A stretch of DNA of 63,138 bases, filler included, from Craspedostauros australis (taxonomy: Eukaryota): assembly GCA_030167865.1 (NCBI GenBank). It is 14 parts of 14 records of this genome, joined end to end, with 100 filler letters (N's around TTAATTAATTAA, not from the genome) between each part and the next. Parts side by side here need not be neighbours in the genome. Positions count along the whole stretch, not along the records: positions 1 to 18,755 come from JALAGF010001406.1; 13 more parts are not named here. One strand, 5' to 3'. The first letter of the stretch is position 1. Every line of letters starts with the position of its first letter. Both the position numbers and the translations under genes were made by a program. The notes beneath the pieces were generated by a model that saw only the letters and a program-made list of their open reading frames with translations, was not told the origin of the DNA and made no database searches. Shown in pieces: positions 1 to 12,801 of the stretch.

Positions 1-1052
1 GCGTTCGAGAGTTGTTCCGGCACGAAGACACGCACCAGCACGAACAACGAATGCGAAGCAAGGACCCTCTTGAAAAGCAAGGGGGCGATTGAGCTGAAGG
101 GCTGTCATGGTCGAAAGGTGGCAACGTGACGTAGTGGGTTTGGGAATGGCGCTGTCTTGGAGCAGACACGAAAGGGTGGAAGGAGAGCAAAGCGGACGTC
201 GTTGGCATTGGCACACAGTGCAGGACATGTCGAGCACGTACGTTAATAAGCGCAACGTCATGCCGACACGGGAAAGGCGTGCTTTAGTAGTCGCATGAGT
301 CGATGATCCCAACGAACAAAGCACGGCAGAACACGCTTCAAGCGTGAATAAAGTACAAATCGACACATGTGGTGTCTTTACCGCGCTTCCCAAGACAGGG
401 CGATTCTTGTTTCGTTGATCACGACTGTCTGAGCGCAACTCCCAAATCGTGGTTGTTGTGTTGACAAATTCGTCGACAAGACACAGTTTCTGGCAAGGGT
501 GTGAGAGGTCTTCAATTCGTGGCGTGTCACACGAAACAAGGGTTCACAGAACGACCTCTCTGTTTCGGCAAGAATGAAACCGCATTCAATCTGTGATCTT
601 CGATCGGTGATCGCTCCACAGACACGAATCAAAGGCAACCTCTTGTTGCGTGAACTTGCCAACAACAGGCGACGCTCACATGTTCCAAACCGTTCATGAG
701 AGAGAGAGAGAGAGAGAGAGATGTTCGCGGTTGGTGCTTGATGGTTGCAGGCTGCTCACGTGATCTCCTTTCAATCGTTCCACTTGCAATGCCGTCCATT
801 CATCGCAGATCGTGCAAGTCACGTGCGTGTTCATCTCATCTTGTCACCGCACATGTACGTACGGCTATGGCACCGGTTGAGTAGCTTGTGCTCTACTCAA
901 GAGAGTCTTTGTTCAACATGCAATAGATCTGGAGTGCTCTGTTTAATCAAATGAAATGTAGTATGTATTAGTATGTCCCGCACGACTCATGCCTCCTTGC
1001 ACACCATGTTGTGATCAACACGGTGGCGTTCGATCACGTTCTGAAGCACCCG

Positions 1053-2192
1053 TCAATCAAACGAGATCAAGTCGGGCGGTGCGGAAGCTCCGCCATTGTT
1101 TGCGGGTGGGTTCTGCTGTGGCGCGACAGTCGCATTCACCCAGTCGTTAGTCGCGGGCGCGGTTGCGGATGGGCCAATGGGAGGAGTAGCAATAGCTGCT
1201 GTTGTCATTGATGGAGCTTCGTTTAGGTTTTCATCCGACCCAAGCAAATCCATTGACCCGGCCGATGCGCCGAGCTTTTCCTGATGCAGGCGATTGCGCG
1301 GCACGACGTGTCGATGAGATGGCACCGTGCTGTTCCACAGCTTGAGATGATCCGATTCTGCGACGTAAAATCGCAGATCGATCTCCTTGTCCATTCCACC
1401 CAGCAGTTTGCCTTCGTGTGCATTCTCAGGATGCAGATCTTCGATCCATTCCTCATAAGTTGGATGGCGTTTGGTTGTCGTGGATGTCGCCGTTGATGAT
1501 GACGATGACGTTGGCATGGCGTGCATGTTCATCAGATCGCCAGTGTCCGCAGCGCCGCTCGGCGTGTCAGTATCGTTGTCGAACGCTTGAACGCCACCAC
1601 TTCCAATAGGAAAACCGCGCGTGTTCAGGAACTCGGTCAAGTGATCTTCGATCTGCTTCATGCACGCCAGCTCCGCCTCTCGTTTGATGTCTCGGAATTC
1701 CTTGTCCTGCCGCCAATGCGCATTCATCTCTTCCAGTTGATCCGCCAGATTCTGATCTTGCTCCATCTTGTCAATGATCGCTCCCAGGTTGAGCTTCGAC
1801 AGCCGCTCTCCCAAGGACTGCATGCCGCGCTGCGCCGTTTGGGTGCCTCTCGTGAGCATCTGACGCGCCGCTGCGGCAGTCTTCGCTCTCGTGGGCGATG
1901 CTGCTGCGCCTTCACTGACAGCCGAATCGTTCGCCCGCGGTGCATTTGGATCCGCTGTGATGGATGCGATCTCGTCGATCTTCTTTCGAATCTGCTTGGG
2001 AAACAGCAGATCCTGCAGTTGGATCGTTGTGTTCAGGGGCACCTGCTTTCTGCGGGGAGATACGGGCTTCTGATTTTGTCGTTGCTGCTGCTGCTGTTGT
2101 TGTTGTTGTTGTTGCTGCTGTTGTTGCCGCGGCGCATCCAGGTGGCTGGCAAACGCCATCGATGGTTCGGATCCAGCCGCTGCGGTCGTCAT
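1053..2192 (-). CDS. Hypothetical protein with a poly-Q N-terminus, a coiled-coil and a compact C-terminal motif
   Basis: Long ORF (1053..2405 in the track). First in-frame ATG is at 2192 (MTTAAAGS). It has a CAG/CAA poly-Q tract and an ordered motif YEEWIEDLHPEN...IDLRFYVAESDHLKLWN. Start is uncertain. Confidence 0.75.
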   Translation of the reverse strand: MTTAAAGSEPSMAFASHLDAPRQQQQQQQQQQQQQQQRQNQKPVSPRRKQVPLNTTIQLQDLLFPKQIRKKIDEIASITADPNAPRANDSAVSEGAAASPTRAKTAAAARQMLTRGTQTAQRGMQSLGERLSKLNLGAIIDKMEQDQNLADQLEEMNAHWRQDKEFRDIKREAELACMKQIEDHLTEFLNTRGFPIGSGGVQAFDNDTDTPSGAADTGDLMNMHAMPTSSSSSTATSTTTKRHPTYEEWIEDLHPENAHEGKLLGGMDKEIDLRFYVAESDHLKLWNSTVPSHRHVVPRNRLHQEKLGASAGSMDLLGSDENLNEAPSMTTAAIATPPIGPSATAPATNDWVNATVAPQQNPPANNGGASAPPDLISFD

Positions 2193-3038
2193 GGTGGGGT
2201 TCGTTTCTGCGATGTGTGCGACTGCAGCGTTGCTCGTCTTTTGTTTCTGTCTCTCTTTCGCTCTCGCTCTATCTCGCTCTATCCATCTGTTGTTCAGCAA
2301 TGTAGGCTCTTGTGATGTACGGCGGGTGAGTTCTGCTAGATTGACGGCTACCGTAAGTGCTTTGTGTGATGAGTATGTTTGTCCATCCACAGTTTGGGGT
2401 GCCACAACGAGTTCCTCCCTTGGTGTTTTGCTTTGCTTTGGCGATGTTGTTGTTGATGTCTACTTCGCGCAACGAACATCTGCAAACCGCCAAAATCAGA
2501 ACGCACGATCGAACTCCGAACGAATCCGGGGTTCGACTTGTCTGACCAAGCTGTGAAATAGTACTACGTGATATGTATCTCGGTGGAATCTCAAACTTGA
2601 CCAATGAAAACGCTCCAACAGACTATCCATACAGTATATATAGTACTCAGAATGACATTCAGGAGATATCGTACAGGAAAATTCATGGAACCAATCGTGC
2701 CAAAGTCAACGAACACAAAGGTATCTTTTAGCAAGGCGATCGAAGTCGGCGGAACCGTGGCGCTCATTCGTTCGATGCAATGCACGACACGACTCTCTAC
2801 AATATCTATCTCTCTGCGCGCATGATGTAATGCCACACCACACCTCCCCCACGGCAACACGAACGCGTGAAAGTGATCGACGGTGATCCTGCAAAGAAGC
2901 GCAGTGCCATCGGTTGCCCAGACGAGCATGTCAATGTGAGATGATGTGTGTCGTCTTCTCTGCTCCATTTGATTGATCTATTCTCCAATGCCATTCTTCG
3001 GCATGACACCATGTACTGTCCTCGCTCGTATCTGACTC

Positions 3039-5096
3039 TCAATCAATTGTTGGCAGGCTCTGCTGTCCGCCGTCCGGCGGGTCGTCGGTGTATCGCGATC
3101 GCGGCAGCTCGTTCATTTCTACATGCCCGTCCACATCATTGTCCGAATACGCTCTGCGAACTCCTCTCGGCGAGCCCGTGCCTGTCGTTGGCGGTGCGTT
3201 CCAGTCGGTCGCATCGTTCTCCTCGTCATCGTCGTGGTTGTCATCGCGGTAGCTGGCATTCTCGTTGCCTCCCATGGTATCGATGCGAGGCTGGATAGTG
3301 TAGGATGCCTTGCCGCGACGGCGCACACGACGCCTGCCTTGATACAGCTGGTGGATGTCTTGGACGAAGTCCTGGAACCCGATGCCTGGTTTCAATCTCT
3401 GCTCCGCGTCGGGATCGATGGAGTCATCATTGGCATCCATGCTCTGCCGTCGCTGTTGCTGCCGCTGGATCTTGCGCTGATGTTCTGGTTTCCATTCCTC
3501 GGCAGGAAAGACGCACCAGTGGGTGATGCTGAAGAAGAGCATCTCCAGACAGATCAAGACGTTCTGTATCTGTATCGCCTTCTCGTTGGTCTCGGCCGGG
3601 CTCAATTGTGCCGCGCCTTGCGACGCAGACCTAGCGTTCTCTATGGAAAGCCCGATGCGGATGGCTAGACCCTGCCAGAACGTCAAAAAGACGACGCCCT
3701 TGATGGTGAGGAACTTGGGGAATGGCTGGCACCATGCCAAGTCGTCGCGGACGGCGTGGTAGAACTTGAGCAAGCCGGTGAAGGCGAAGAAGACGGAGAC
3801 GTTGGTAATCATGGCGATGATGAACCCCGGGCTGGTGAAGTAGTTGATCGTCGCCTGCTGCAGCTCATCCGGATTATCCAGGATGGATAATGGGCCCGTG
3901 GAATTGCCTGCAAGATCGTCTGCCGGTGCACCGAATTCTGTCCCATCCCCTTGACCACCGTCCATGTTGGACGCCATCGTATCATTGAGCACATCCGCAA
4001 GCCACCTCGTGGTCCCGCCATCGCCATTGACATGATCGGTCGCTGTCGGAGCGCTGTTGCCACCAGCCGCCATATCAACCGTCGGTGGAAACGTCGGAGC
4101 CGCCGTCGCAAAGTTCTGATACGTCGTTGCATCGCTGTTCTCTTCCATATTGTACATGACCCGCTGCACGCAGTTGGCGATCGACGTGAGAGGGCGAATG
4201 AAGACGAATTGCATGGCCATGATCTGGCATTCTGTCAGCACGGCGTTGGCCTTGGCAAATGCAGATGTTTCGGGTGCCGGGTGGTACCAATGCCGCAAGC
4301 ATCGGGCGGGTCGTTTCAAATGATCCGCGTGCTTGGCAAGCACCTGCACAACCGCTTCGCGTTCATCGGCCGGGCTGATGCTAATTGTTTGGGTGTGAAT
4401 CGTGGTGAGCGTGACATCATCATCGCCGTCTGGCAAGTCGTCGGACGATGCCGGTGTCGTCTGCCGGCCCAGCACAGCAATGAGGAATGCGAGGAAGGTG
4501 TAGATGCAGTATGATTCGTAGAAGTCCTTGGCGATGGCCAGATAGACCTCGATGGGCGGGATGACGAGGCTGAGCAGGGAGGTGACGGAGTAGATCGGCG
4601 ACATCCACAGAATGGCCATGATCTTGCGCTGCACCCTGGGTTCGTTGTAATTCTGAATATGCGACGACATGTGGAACATGGTGATCAGGCACGTGACCAT
4701 GGTGAAGGTGCCCGCCAAGGTGGTGATCGTGAGCGTGTGCTCCTGCTCGACGGCCTCGTTCAGCTCCTGTATCTGACCTTGCTGCTTCGTTTGCACCTGC
4801 GTCCGCAACGACTCCACCTGCGCGTGCTGCTGATCCAGTTCCGTTTGCATGCCGCGCAGCTGGTCCATGAGGTACACCACCACGAGGATGAGAAGCACGG
4901 TCACCACCATGTTGGAGAACTGAAGGATGTGCCAGCAGATGGAGATGAGCGTGCACATGATGGACGATGCGGATCTCCGCCTTTCCTTCTCCTGCTCATC
5001 CCGCACCACCATCAACTCGTCTCTTCTTCCCACTGTATCTGTTCCCATCTGCGCCCGAAAGCGGCCACGCGGACCCTCTGGCCTTTGTGACATCAT
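3039..5096 (-). CDS. TMEM184: TMEM184 / organic solute transporter OST-alpha family membrane protein
   Basis: Family motifs: 'YNEPRVQRKIMAILWMSPIY', 'KDFYESYCIYTF', 'AMQFVFIRP', 'LLKFYHAV..DL...QPFPKFLTIKGVVFLTFWQG', 'QNVLICLEM..FSITHWCVFP'. Multiple TM helices. Start placed at MMSQ (5096); the ORF is open to 5480. Confidence 0.9.
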   Translation of the reverse strand: MMSQRPEGPRGRFRAQMGTDTVGRRDELMVVRDEQEKERRRSASSIMCTLISICWHILQFSNMVVTVLLILVVVYLMDQLRGMQTELDQQHAQVESLRTQVQTKQQGQIQELNEAVEQEHTLTITTLAGTFTMVTCLITMFHMSSHIQNYNEPRVQRKIMAILWMSPIYSVTSLLSLVIPPIEVYLAIAKDFYESYCIYTFLAFLIAVLGRQTTPASSDDLPDGDDDVTLTTIHTQTISISPADEREAVVQVLAKHADHLKRPARCLRHWYHPAPETSAFAKANAVLTECQIMAMQFVFIRPLTSIANCVQRVMYNMEENSDATTYQNFATAAPTFPPTVDMAAGGNSAPTATDHVNGDGGTTRWLADVLNDTMASNMDGGQGDGTEFGAPADDLAGNSTGPLSILDNPDELQQATINYFTSPGFIIAMITNVSVFFAFTGLLKFYHAVRDDLAWCQPFPKFLTIKGVVFLTFWQGLAIRIGLSIENARSASQGAAQLSPAETNEKAIQIQNVLICLEMLFFSITHWCVFPAEEWKPEHQRKIQRQQQRRQSMDANDDSIDPDAEQRLKPGIGFQDFVQDIHQLYQGRRRVRRRGKASYTIQPRIDTMGGNENASYRDDNHDDDEENDATDWNAPPTTGTGSPRGVRRAYSDNDVDGHVEMNELPRSRYTDDPPDGGQQSLPTID

Positions 5097-5491
5097 GGTG
5101 CCGCGCCCGTTGCGGTAGCAATCTTTCTGCTGTCGGTATCGTCTTTGCTGTCGGTGGATACGGTGGATACGGTGGATACCATATGCGCTACCCTCAGGCA
5201 CAACCACATCTGAACAAAGTTGTGAGAGGAGGTGTGAAGCGTCTGAACAGCCGCCAAGAGAGAGGCTGGAGCGGTGCCACAAGGCGAAGTGATCGTGTTG
5301 TTTGCGTGATGTGTTTTGTTCGTTGATGTTCATTCGCGTCACACGCAGAAAAGTGTCCACGATTGGACTCGTTTGACCACTATTTTGCCAAACCGCCGCC
5401 ACCCAACTTCTGGCGCCAAAAGATTCGGCTTTGCATTTCTGCACACAAATCTGTAACAGAGCAAGGAGACCAAGGCACAACCCACCCCACC

Positions 5492-5959
5492 ATGACGACT
5501 ATTGAGACAACACTGGGCGCATGCAGCGCGACCGCACCCCGGAGCAAGCGGATCGTGCATTCCTGGAAGGACGCAAGGCGCATCGCACGCGGCCATGGAT
5601 TCGATTCGAAGGAGGAGTTCTTGGAGTACTCGTGTCCTGGCGCCTACCAGCTGCCCAAGAATCCGCAGGAACTGTACGCGCAGCAATGGAAAGGATGGGA
5701 TGATTGGTTGGGGATCTGCTGGGACTTCACGCAGGGGCGTCAACACGCACGTCGGCTTCGGCTCAAGACGCGAGAGCAGTACATGCGACGGGTCGGGAAT
5801 CGCAACAATCATGTCAGGAAGGGCGGAGAGGAAGATGCAGGTGGTGGTGATGGCGATAACAATGACAATGACGATGATCCCATCATGCGGCTGCCGTATC
5901 AGCCAGATTTGAAGTATGGCAACGAGTGGACGAACTGGGAGGATTGGCTGGGTGTGTGA
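5492..5959 (+). CDS. Small protein made of two ~50-aa Trp-rich repeats (LP..P..Y...W..W.DWLG; integrase-repeat/helicase-associated-like)
   Basis: Repeat 1: WKDARRIARGHGFDSKEEF...LPKNPQELYAQQWKGWDDWLG. Repeat 2: FTQGRQHARRLRLKTREQY...LPYQPDLKYGNEWTNWEDWLG. AT-rich 3' flank after the TGA. Confidence 0.75.
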   Translation: MTTIETTLGACSATAPRSKRIVHSWKDARRIARGHGFDSKEEFLEYSCPGAYQLPKNPQELYAQQWKGWDDWLGICWDFTQGRQHARRLRLKTREQYMRRVGNRNNHVRKGGEEDAGGGDGDNNDNDDDPIMRLPYQPDLKYGNEWTNWEDWLGV

Positions 5960-6056
5960 AGTATTATTTTATATTAATACTAAATCTTGTTCATCCATTC
6001 ATTCATTAATTCTTTGATGTTATTCACTACTCTCTTGAAAGAGCAGTTAGTCTTGC

Positions 6057-8520
6057 TTACTTGAACCAGTTAGCGACCTGCTCGCGAAGTCCAATACCAC
6101 CCGTATCGGATTTCTGCTGGTCAAAGTCTGGGAGAAGCAGTTCCTTTGGATCGCTGGCTGGGCGGAATCCCTCTGGGAAGACATCCATTGGCAGCACCTC
6201 GCAGTTGTCTGGGCTCTTGCAGTAGATGGAGGTGACGACCTCGTCGAAGCGGACCCATCTGTTCTCGGCAGCGGACTTGTCGGCGGCGATGGCCATGATC
6301 AGAGCCACCAAGCCATCCTGTCCGGTGCATGGCACAGGCGTGTCGTTGACAAGCGACTTGCAGAATGCGATGGTCTCGGTCACGTAGGCTTCGTTGTAAC
6401 GGCTGAGGAAGAAGTCGTATGGCATATCGGCGTTTCCGGTGAAGTCGGTCTTGAAGATGCGGGCAGTGTTGGGGTACACGTTGTCGGTCTGGATCATTCC
6501 CTTGGTGCCCAAAACTTCAGCGCGCTGATCGTATCCGAAGCTGCAGGAATAATGAGTGCGAAAATATGTGCGTACCGTTTCATGTTTTGTCCGGAGAAGC
6601 AGTGGGGCATGAGGTATCATGGGAAGTGTGAGAACATAAATTCAATTGTGCGTTCAACCATTCAGCCACCAATCAATCAATCAGTCAGTCAGTCAGTCAG
6701 TCAGTCAGTCAGTCAACAAACACAATGCTGCATGCGATGGAACAGATGGCAATCATTTCTTTCAGGGCTTGCATGTCGTTGCTTCTGTTCCTCACAACCG
6801 CACGACGACGTACCTGGATTGACGGCAGACATCGACCATTGCGGTGACGCCACCTGGGTAGCGCACAATGCAGGATGCGGTATCGAAGGCTTCCGAACCT
6901 GGCAGCTCCTCGATGCTCTTATCAATGTGGCAAGATCCGACGGCAAGGATTTCGAGTGGGTCTTCGCCCGCCAAGAAACGGGTCATGTCCAGATCGTGGA
7001 CGGCCATATCAGCGAAGATACCGCCGCCGCCCTTGACGTAGCTGAATGGTGGTGGGGATGGATCGCGGGAGCACAATTTGATCTGGAGACGGTAGGGCGA
7101 CAATAGAAGAATACGTGCGGCAGAGCAGCAGTCGATCACCATATTTGTTGTCGTGCCGATATTGTTGTGGGGCGTGAATGAGTCATTTTGAATTGTTCAA
7201 GAAATTTGCAAATGTGAGTGCGCGGTTGTTCGCAAAGGCGAGTGTGCAGCCAACCGTGTGATTCATGCGTTCAACCAAAAAAAGATAGCCAGGCATAAAT
7301 TCGCTCTGCCAACAACTGAATGGACGGGTGAACGGAAGATCCTGTCTCCGCAATCCACATGATTCTCGATTTCTCTTCATTCACCGTCGTATTTCGTGGT
7401 AATCGAAGCAAAATCCACAAACTTGTTGACAAGAAACCGAGGTCCTGACTGCCGACGCACCTGAATTGGTTCACCGACTTCTTTGTTGGCGACAGCCTCC
7501 TGCACGCGCTTGAAGTTCTGATCGAAACGACGCTGCAGACCGATCATCAATTTGACACCGGCCTCGTTGCAGGCGTTGATGGCCTCGACGGTCTCTGGCA
7601 GATCGGTGGCGATTGGCTTTTCGCAGAAGACGTGCTTGCCGTTGGCGGCGGCGGCCTTGATCTGCTCGGCATGGTAGGATGATGGGGAGCAAATCCACAC
7701 GGCATCGACCTCTGGATCGGTGATGACATCCATGGCATCCTCGGTGAAGCGCGGCACATTGTATTGGGCGGCGGCTGTTTGTGCATGTGCGGATGGGGAA
7801 GCAGATTTTGAGCAATCAGAGAAAGCGAGATGGTGTGTGGTTAGAAATTGCGGGTATGGACGCATCAATGTCAGCATCGATCGAAATGAACAATCCGTCA
7901 AGTTATGGTGCATTCGATTGAATCCCAACTGGCCTCGAATGACTTGGACTGATTTCAAATGATCTCGAGATTCCCATGACGACGGCAGCGAATTTGATGC
8001 TAAGACTGAGGACGATCTCGTGTGATGTGATGTTCTGTCATGCGATGTCATGTCCTGTTGTGTCAAAGCATGTCATGTGTTTTTTGCGCCCCATGAATGG
8101 CAATGGACGAATCTCGCTCTTGCTCTGGTGATGTCATCGCAAGTGCGTCGTAGTTTTCAGAGATTCGTCGCCCACCAACAAGGGAGAGCGAATAAATTAA
8201 TTGGCATGGGGCGTCTTCACGGCATCGTTCCTTTCCTCGCAGAACCAACCGCAGATGACGGATAACGTACCAGCTTCGGCCTTGGAGACGGTTGGGTTGG
8301 AAACGATGACTGGGACGACGCCTGGTGCCTTGGTGATGGCCTCCAAATGCACGAGACCGATGCGTCCGCAGCCGATCACTCCGACCTTGACGCTCTCAAC
8401 CTCGCGCTGCTCCACATTCATGGACAGTGCGGTACGGATTCCGCTCTTGGTGGAGGTTTGCACGCCAAAGGCGTTGGTCGTCACGACGAGCGCGGAGATG
8501 CAGACGGCGATGAACTTCAT
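6057..8520 (-). CDS. iolG: Myo-inositol 2-dehydrogenase (Gfo/Idh/MocA family), 4 exons: 8520-8271, 7774-7461, 7082-6814, 6540-6057; probable bipartite plastid-targeting peptide
   Basis: Motifs: VGVIGCGRIG (Rossmann), GKHVFCEKPI, GLQRRFD, SRDP, IFADMAVHDLDM, FGYDQRAEVLG. All three introns are GT-AG and splice in frame. N-terminus MKFIAVCISALVVTTNA|FG followed by an S/T/K/R-rich transit-like segment. Confidence 0.92.
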
Positions 8521-9560
8521 GGTGCTTCTTCTGCTTCTGCTCTGTGCAAGTATTGTGATTCCAAGAAACATTGCGGAATGGTGGTTATGGACGATTGTGA
8601 CGCCTGTGGCACCAGACTCGACAACAGGAGATGATGACGGGCAGGAAAGTTGCAGAGCAAAGTGCTCAGATACGGAAGGATCTCTGCCTCTTCTCAACGG
8701 CCTTGGCGATTGTTCGTCACCACCAAAACGAGGCGATGTCTTTTGGTGCAGCGCATCAGATACGTCACACGAGGAACCAATGAGGATTGTCGGTCTGTTT
8801 GTGATGACGCATGCACTTTCGTATCTTTTGATGACGTTGAAAGAGATGGATATTCAATTGGTCGATGTAGTCAAAATGAGGATATCGTGACATGCAGTCG
8901 TGGATTTCATATCCAAACACGCTTCTCTCAATCACGGGTAATTCGCGCCACAGAAACGCGCAAACCTGACGGCTCAACTTGACTCGATCGGATCCAATCG
9001 GGCAACCCTCTACACTTCCCACCCACACATAGTCGTGCTCTACTTCAATAGTGCGAGTATGCTTGCGCTGCACAAAGACAATCGCTTCCCGAAATGCTTT
9101 TCGCCAAACCCTTCGCGTCAGGTCCATGTGTATCCACTGCACTCGTATGGTACTAGTGTGTAGACTACGAGAATGTAGGTACATTGGAATGCATGCAAGC
9201 TATGCACTCCGGGATGACCAATACAAGCTCGTTTCTTCGTTCATGTACTACTATTGGAATCCCCACCGTTCCTATGTGAATTCCAGCAATGTTTGCGCTG
9301 ACGGTCACCTTCCACAAGTACGCATTGGTGCCAGATACCGCAGTACGCAGATACATCCTCGTGCGTCTGGCAAGGCTGGTGTCGTTTGCAGCGAATCTGC
9401 TTTACTCTACTCCACAAGGAAGTTGTGCAGAACGCTCTCCCGCATGTATCAGTATGATACGATTGCTATCATCATGTTACGCATGATACTCACTCTCTCA
9501 CTCTCTCACTCTCTTTCTTGAGTATTTATTGCTCCCTTCCGAGTTGTCTCCCAGCGCCCA

Positions 9561-12132
9561 CTACGTGGCCAAGACGCAAGAAATGCTTTCCCGGTCACCG
9601 TCGCAGCAACTTGTGCAGCAAGTACATGTGACATCGGGTCGCCGGCAACTGGCAACGAAGAAACGTATTCTCGATCCCGCATCACAGACGGCCTGCACGT
9701 TTTCAATCTTGGTTACAAATATATTGAGAAACTCCAAGGTCGAAATCGAGGCCAGACTTGGCGGTAGCGTCCCGCCCAGGTCGACGTTGATGCTGAGGTG
9801 TAAGGATTCCAGATTGTCCAGCTGACCCAGCTCCGACGGAACTTCACCAGTCAGCACGTTGTTTTCTGTTGCAGTAGAGCAGAGTATGCAATGAGGTCCG
9901 GCACAATGCAGATGGTGTACACAGATTGGCGCAAATGCAGTCCGATACCCCAGATTCCAACAGCTCAACCGAGTGCAGGAGTTGAGTCCGAACAGACAGG
10001 GGAGGAAGGAGATGTTGTCCGTATATGAAAGAAGAGAACGAGGATGTGAGAGCCTGCCGAACAGATACATTGGGATATTGCTCGCTGAGATGATGGGGTC
10101 GACGAAGCGAAGAAGGGCAGAACAATACTGCGCGGATACAAAGCAAGCACTTACCCAAGTTGAGATGTTGGAGCGAAGTGAGATTGCCGAACTGCGTCGG
10201 GATCTGCATGCTAATTTCATTGAATCGCACATTTAGGACTTCCAGACGATCCAATGCTCCGATTTCGGTAGGGAAGCCGGATGTCAATCCGCTTTCTGGC
10301 GCATAGATCTGAGTGATTCGGTTGTCCTGATCGCACGTGAGCAGACTCTGCTGGGACGTCCCATCCCGCATTTCGGACCCCCACTCGCATGTGGTCTGTC
10401 CGGGCGTTATGAAGCTGTTGTTGAAAGTCCAATTGGTGCCGCCCATCAACTCGTACATCAGAATCATGATGTACCGCTCGGCAACGATGCCATCGGGTGT
10501 TTCCGATGTGATCGTTTGGTCTGTGAACTGCAGCCATTTCATCGCAGCCAGTCTCTCTGGATCGTCCTCGGTTATCTTTCGTCCGGATAGTGCTTCAACG
10601 ACAGATGCTACCTTGCCGCGTCGGAGGCCTGTCTCGGTGTCGGTTGGTTGCGACGTTGGGGACGGCGACGGCGGCACCGACGGCGTCAGTGTGGGCGTCA
10701 GTGTGGGCGTCAGTGTGGGCGATCCACTCGGTGGAGGACTGCCTTGTGAGGCAGGAGAGGATGATCGCAAAGCCAGCACCACTCCCACAACGCCGCCGAT
10801 GGTAACGAGGACCAAGAGCATCAGCGGAACCATAATGTTCGGGCTGCATGCTCCCCTCTCCTTGATCACTTCCACTTTTGTAATTTGCACTTCTGACACC
10901 AACTCGCGCCGGGCATTTTCCTCTCCTTCAAGTTGTGCCTTGTTCCTGATCTCTTCGAGACCTTCAGGGTCTGCAACCAGCATCGCTGACACCGCATGCA
11001 TTGGAGGTTGTGTCGGTGGTGGAACGGGCACTGCAACTGTAGCTTCTCCCAACCTACCTTCACGGATGAAGCCATCATCATCGAAACCATCGTCGTCGGT
11101 GTCAGCACTGTACGCGTCAAACTGAGGAGCGACTGCGTCCTCTGCCAGACCATTGCGTTCATTGTCAGCCTGATCACGCAGGATGATACGTCCAGAGGAG
11201 TACCGATGATGTGCAGTCAACTGCGTAGATGGGGGATGTCCGGGCTCATCGGGGTTCACCTGCCGTGGCACGGTGCCAATTGGCGGCAGTTCCTTTTCCG
11301 TCTCCAATTCCCCACTTGCATCTGGTGCACCTCTTGGAATGAATGATTTTCGGTGTTCATTCTGCATGCTGCGCCTTGTCACCCGAGACTGCTTTCCAGA
11401 TTTCGCGGCAGCGCCACGGCGTCTGTTTAATTCCCTGACACTCGCTGTTATGTCCACTACTGATCGATGCCGCGCAGCAGCTTGACGGTGCGTCCGGGAT
11501 CCTGCCATGTGCGCCTTGTGAGAGATGGCGCTGTCACCGGTCATCTGAGCAACCATCGCTGGTAGCTCCATTTTCGATGGCGCTGTTTTTTCATTGCTTC
11601 CCATCGTCGATGGCCTGTTGCTGTTCGCCAAGGTGCTGAGATTCATCAACTCTGGATCTTGATCCTTCGTGTCTTGTTCGTCCTCTTCCCACGATGGATG
11701 GGGGATTGGGTCTGCGTCCCCTTGATCAGCACCTTGAGTGTTGTCGTGCATGTCATCAGCATCATCGTCGTCGTCGTCGTTCACAAAGCAAATCGTTTCC
11801 TTGTTCCCATCATCGTGATCATCATCGTGATCATCATCGTCGCTGTCGTCATCGTCGCTGTCGTCACCGTCCTGATTGTCATCCTCCACCAACGCCAAGA
11901 CCTGAGAGGCGTCGAGTTCCACGGGCGCTCTTTGCTGAGATCCCGTCTGCGAACAGTCTGCAGCATCTAAAGGAGCGTCGATTCCATTGTCATCCGCAAC
12001 CTCGCTGTATCTGTCCCGAACAATGGAGACTATCACATCCGAGACTGCGCCTGGTCCCATGACCGTTGGCGGCGATGGGACTTCGCCAGCGCCGCTAGCA
12101 TCATCGTCATGATCGCCCCTCTCTGAAGGCAT
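9561..12132 (-). CDS. Membrane-anchored leucine-rich repeat protein (diatom LRR family), exons 12132-10155 and 9865-9561
   Basis: Acidic disordered N-terminus, one TM helix (IMVPLMLLVLVTIGGVVGVVLAL), P/S/T stalk, cap 'A..WL...D...ERYIM..Y..GG.NW...C.W', LRRs (FPTEIGALDRL, IPTQFGNLTSL, VPSELGQLDNL) and a C-terminal CTCCTSCC. The GTAAGT..CAG intron splices in frame. Confidence 0.88.
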
Positions 12133-12801
12133 GGCTGTCGTCCTTGTGCTCTTACTCGACTGCGCTATTGGGCAACTTGCTGGCGTCTGTGCAGCTTGGG
12201 AGATTTGTGTGTGCTGATTTCAGCGTGGGAGATGCTCCATGTGATGTGCACAATGGTTCCGACTGGTCAGCACGAGTACCAGCAGCAACTCTGTGGCATC
12301 TTGAGTTCGGGACTTTGGAGCTTGCATGAGAGAGGTAACAGGAAGCAGACACACCGATCTCGGATGCAGAACGAGAACCTGCCCGCTATGCTGGCTTTCA
12401 CAATCGTTCTGAGCGAATTCGCTTGTGGTGACCAGTCGGTTGTTCTTATAATTAACGGTAATGTCTCTATCTTGATGTCGATGTCTACAAATAGAGAACA
12501 AAGGCATATAATCCGCAACTCCATGAATCATTCAAAGGCGAGCTTGTCGATCGTCACTCCCAAAGGCGACTGTTGTCGTCATCGAAATCTCTCCAGCGAA
12601 TCGCGGAGAATCGACGATCATTGGACAGAGCCTTGAAAGCAACACCAATACCGCGCTGTACTTGCGATTCTGCAATCTACTCTAATATCCAGAATCCATT
12701 CCTGTATGCAACACCCCTGTCATGTTGACCCCAGATCCCATCGTGTTGTAGTTGCCACCTCCAAGAATTCTTCTTCCAGCGGTCGCTGCCCTCTCGACAC
12801 C

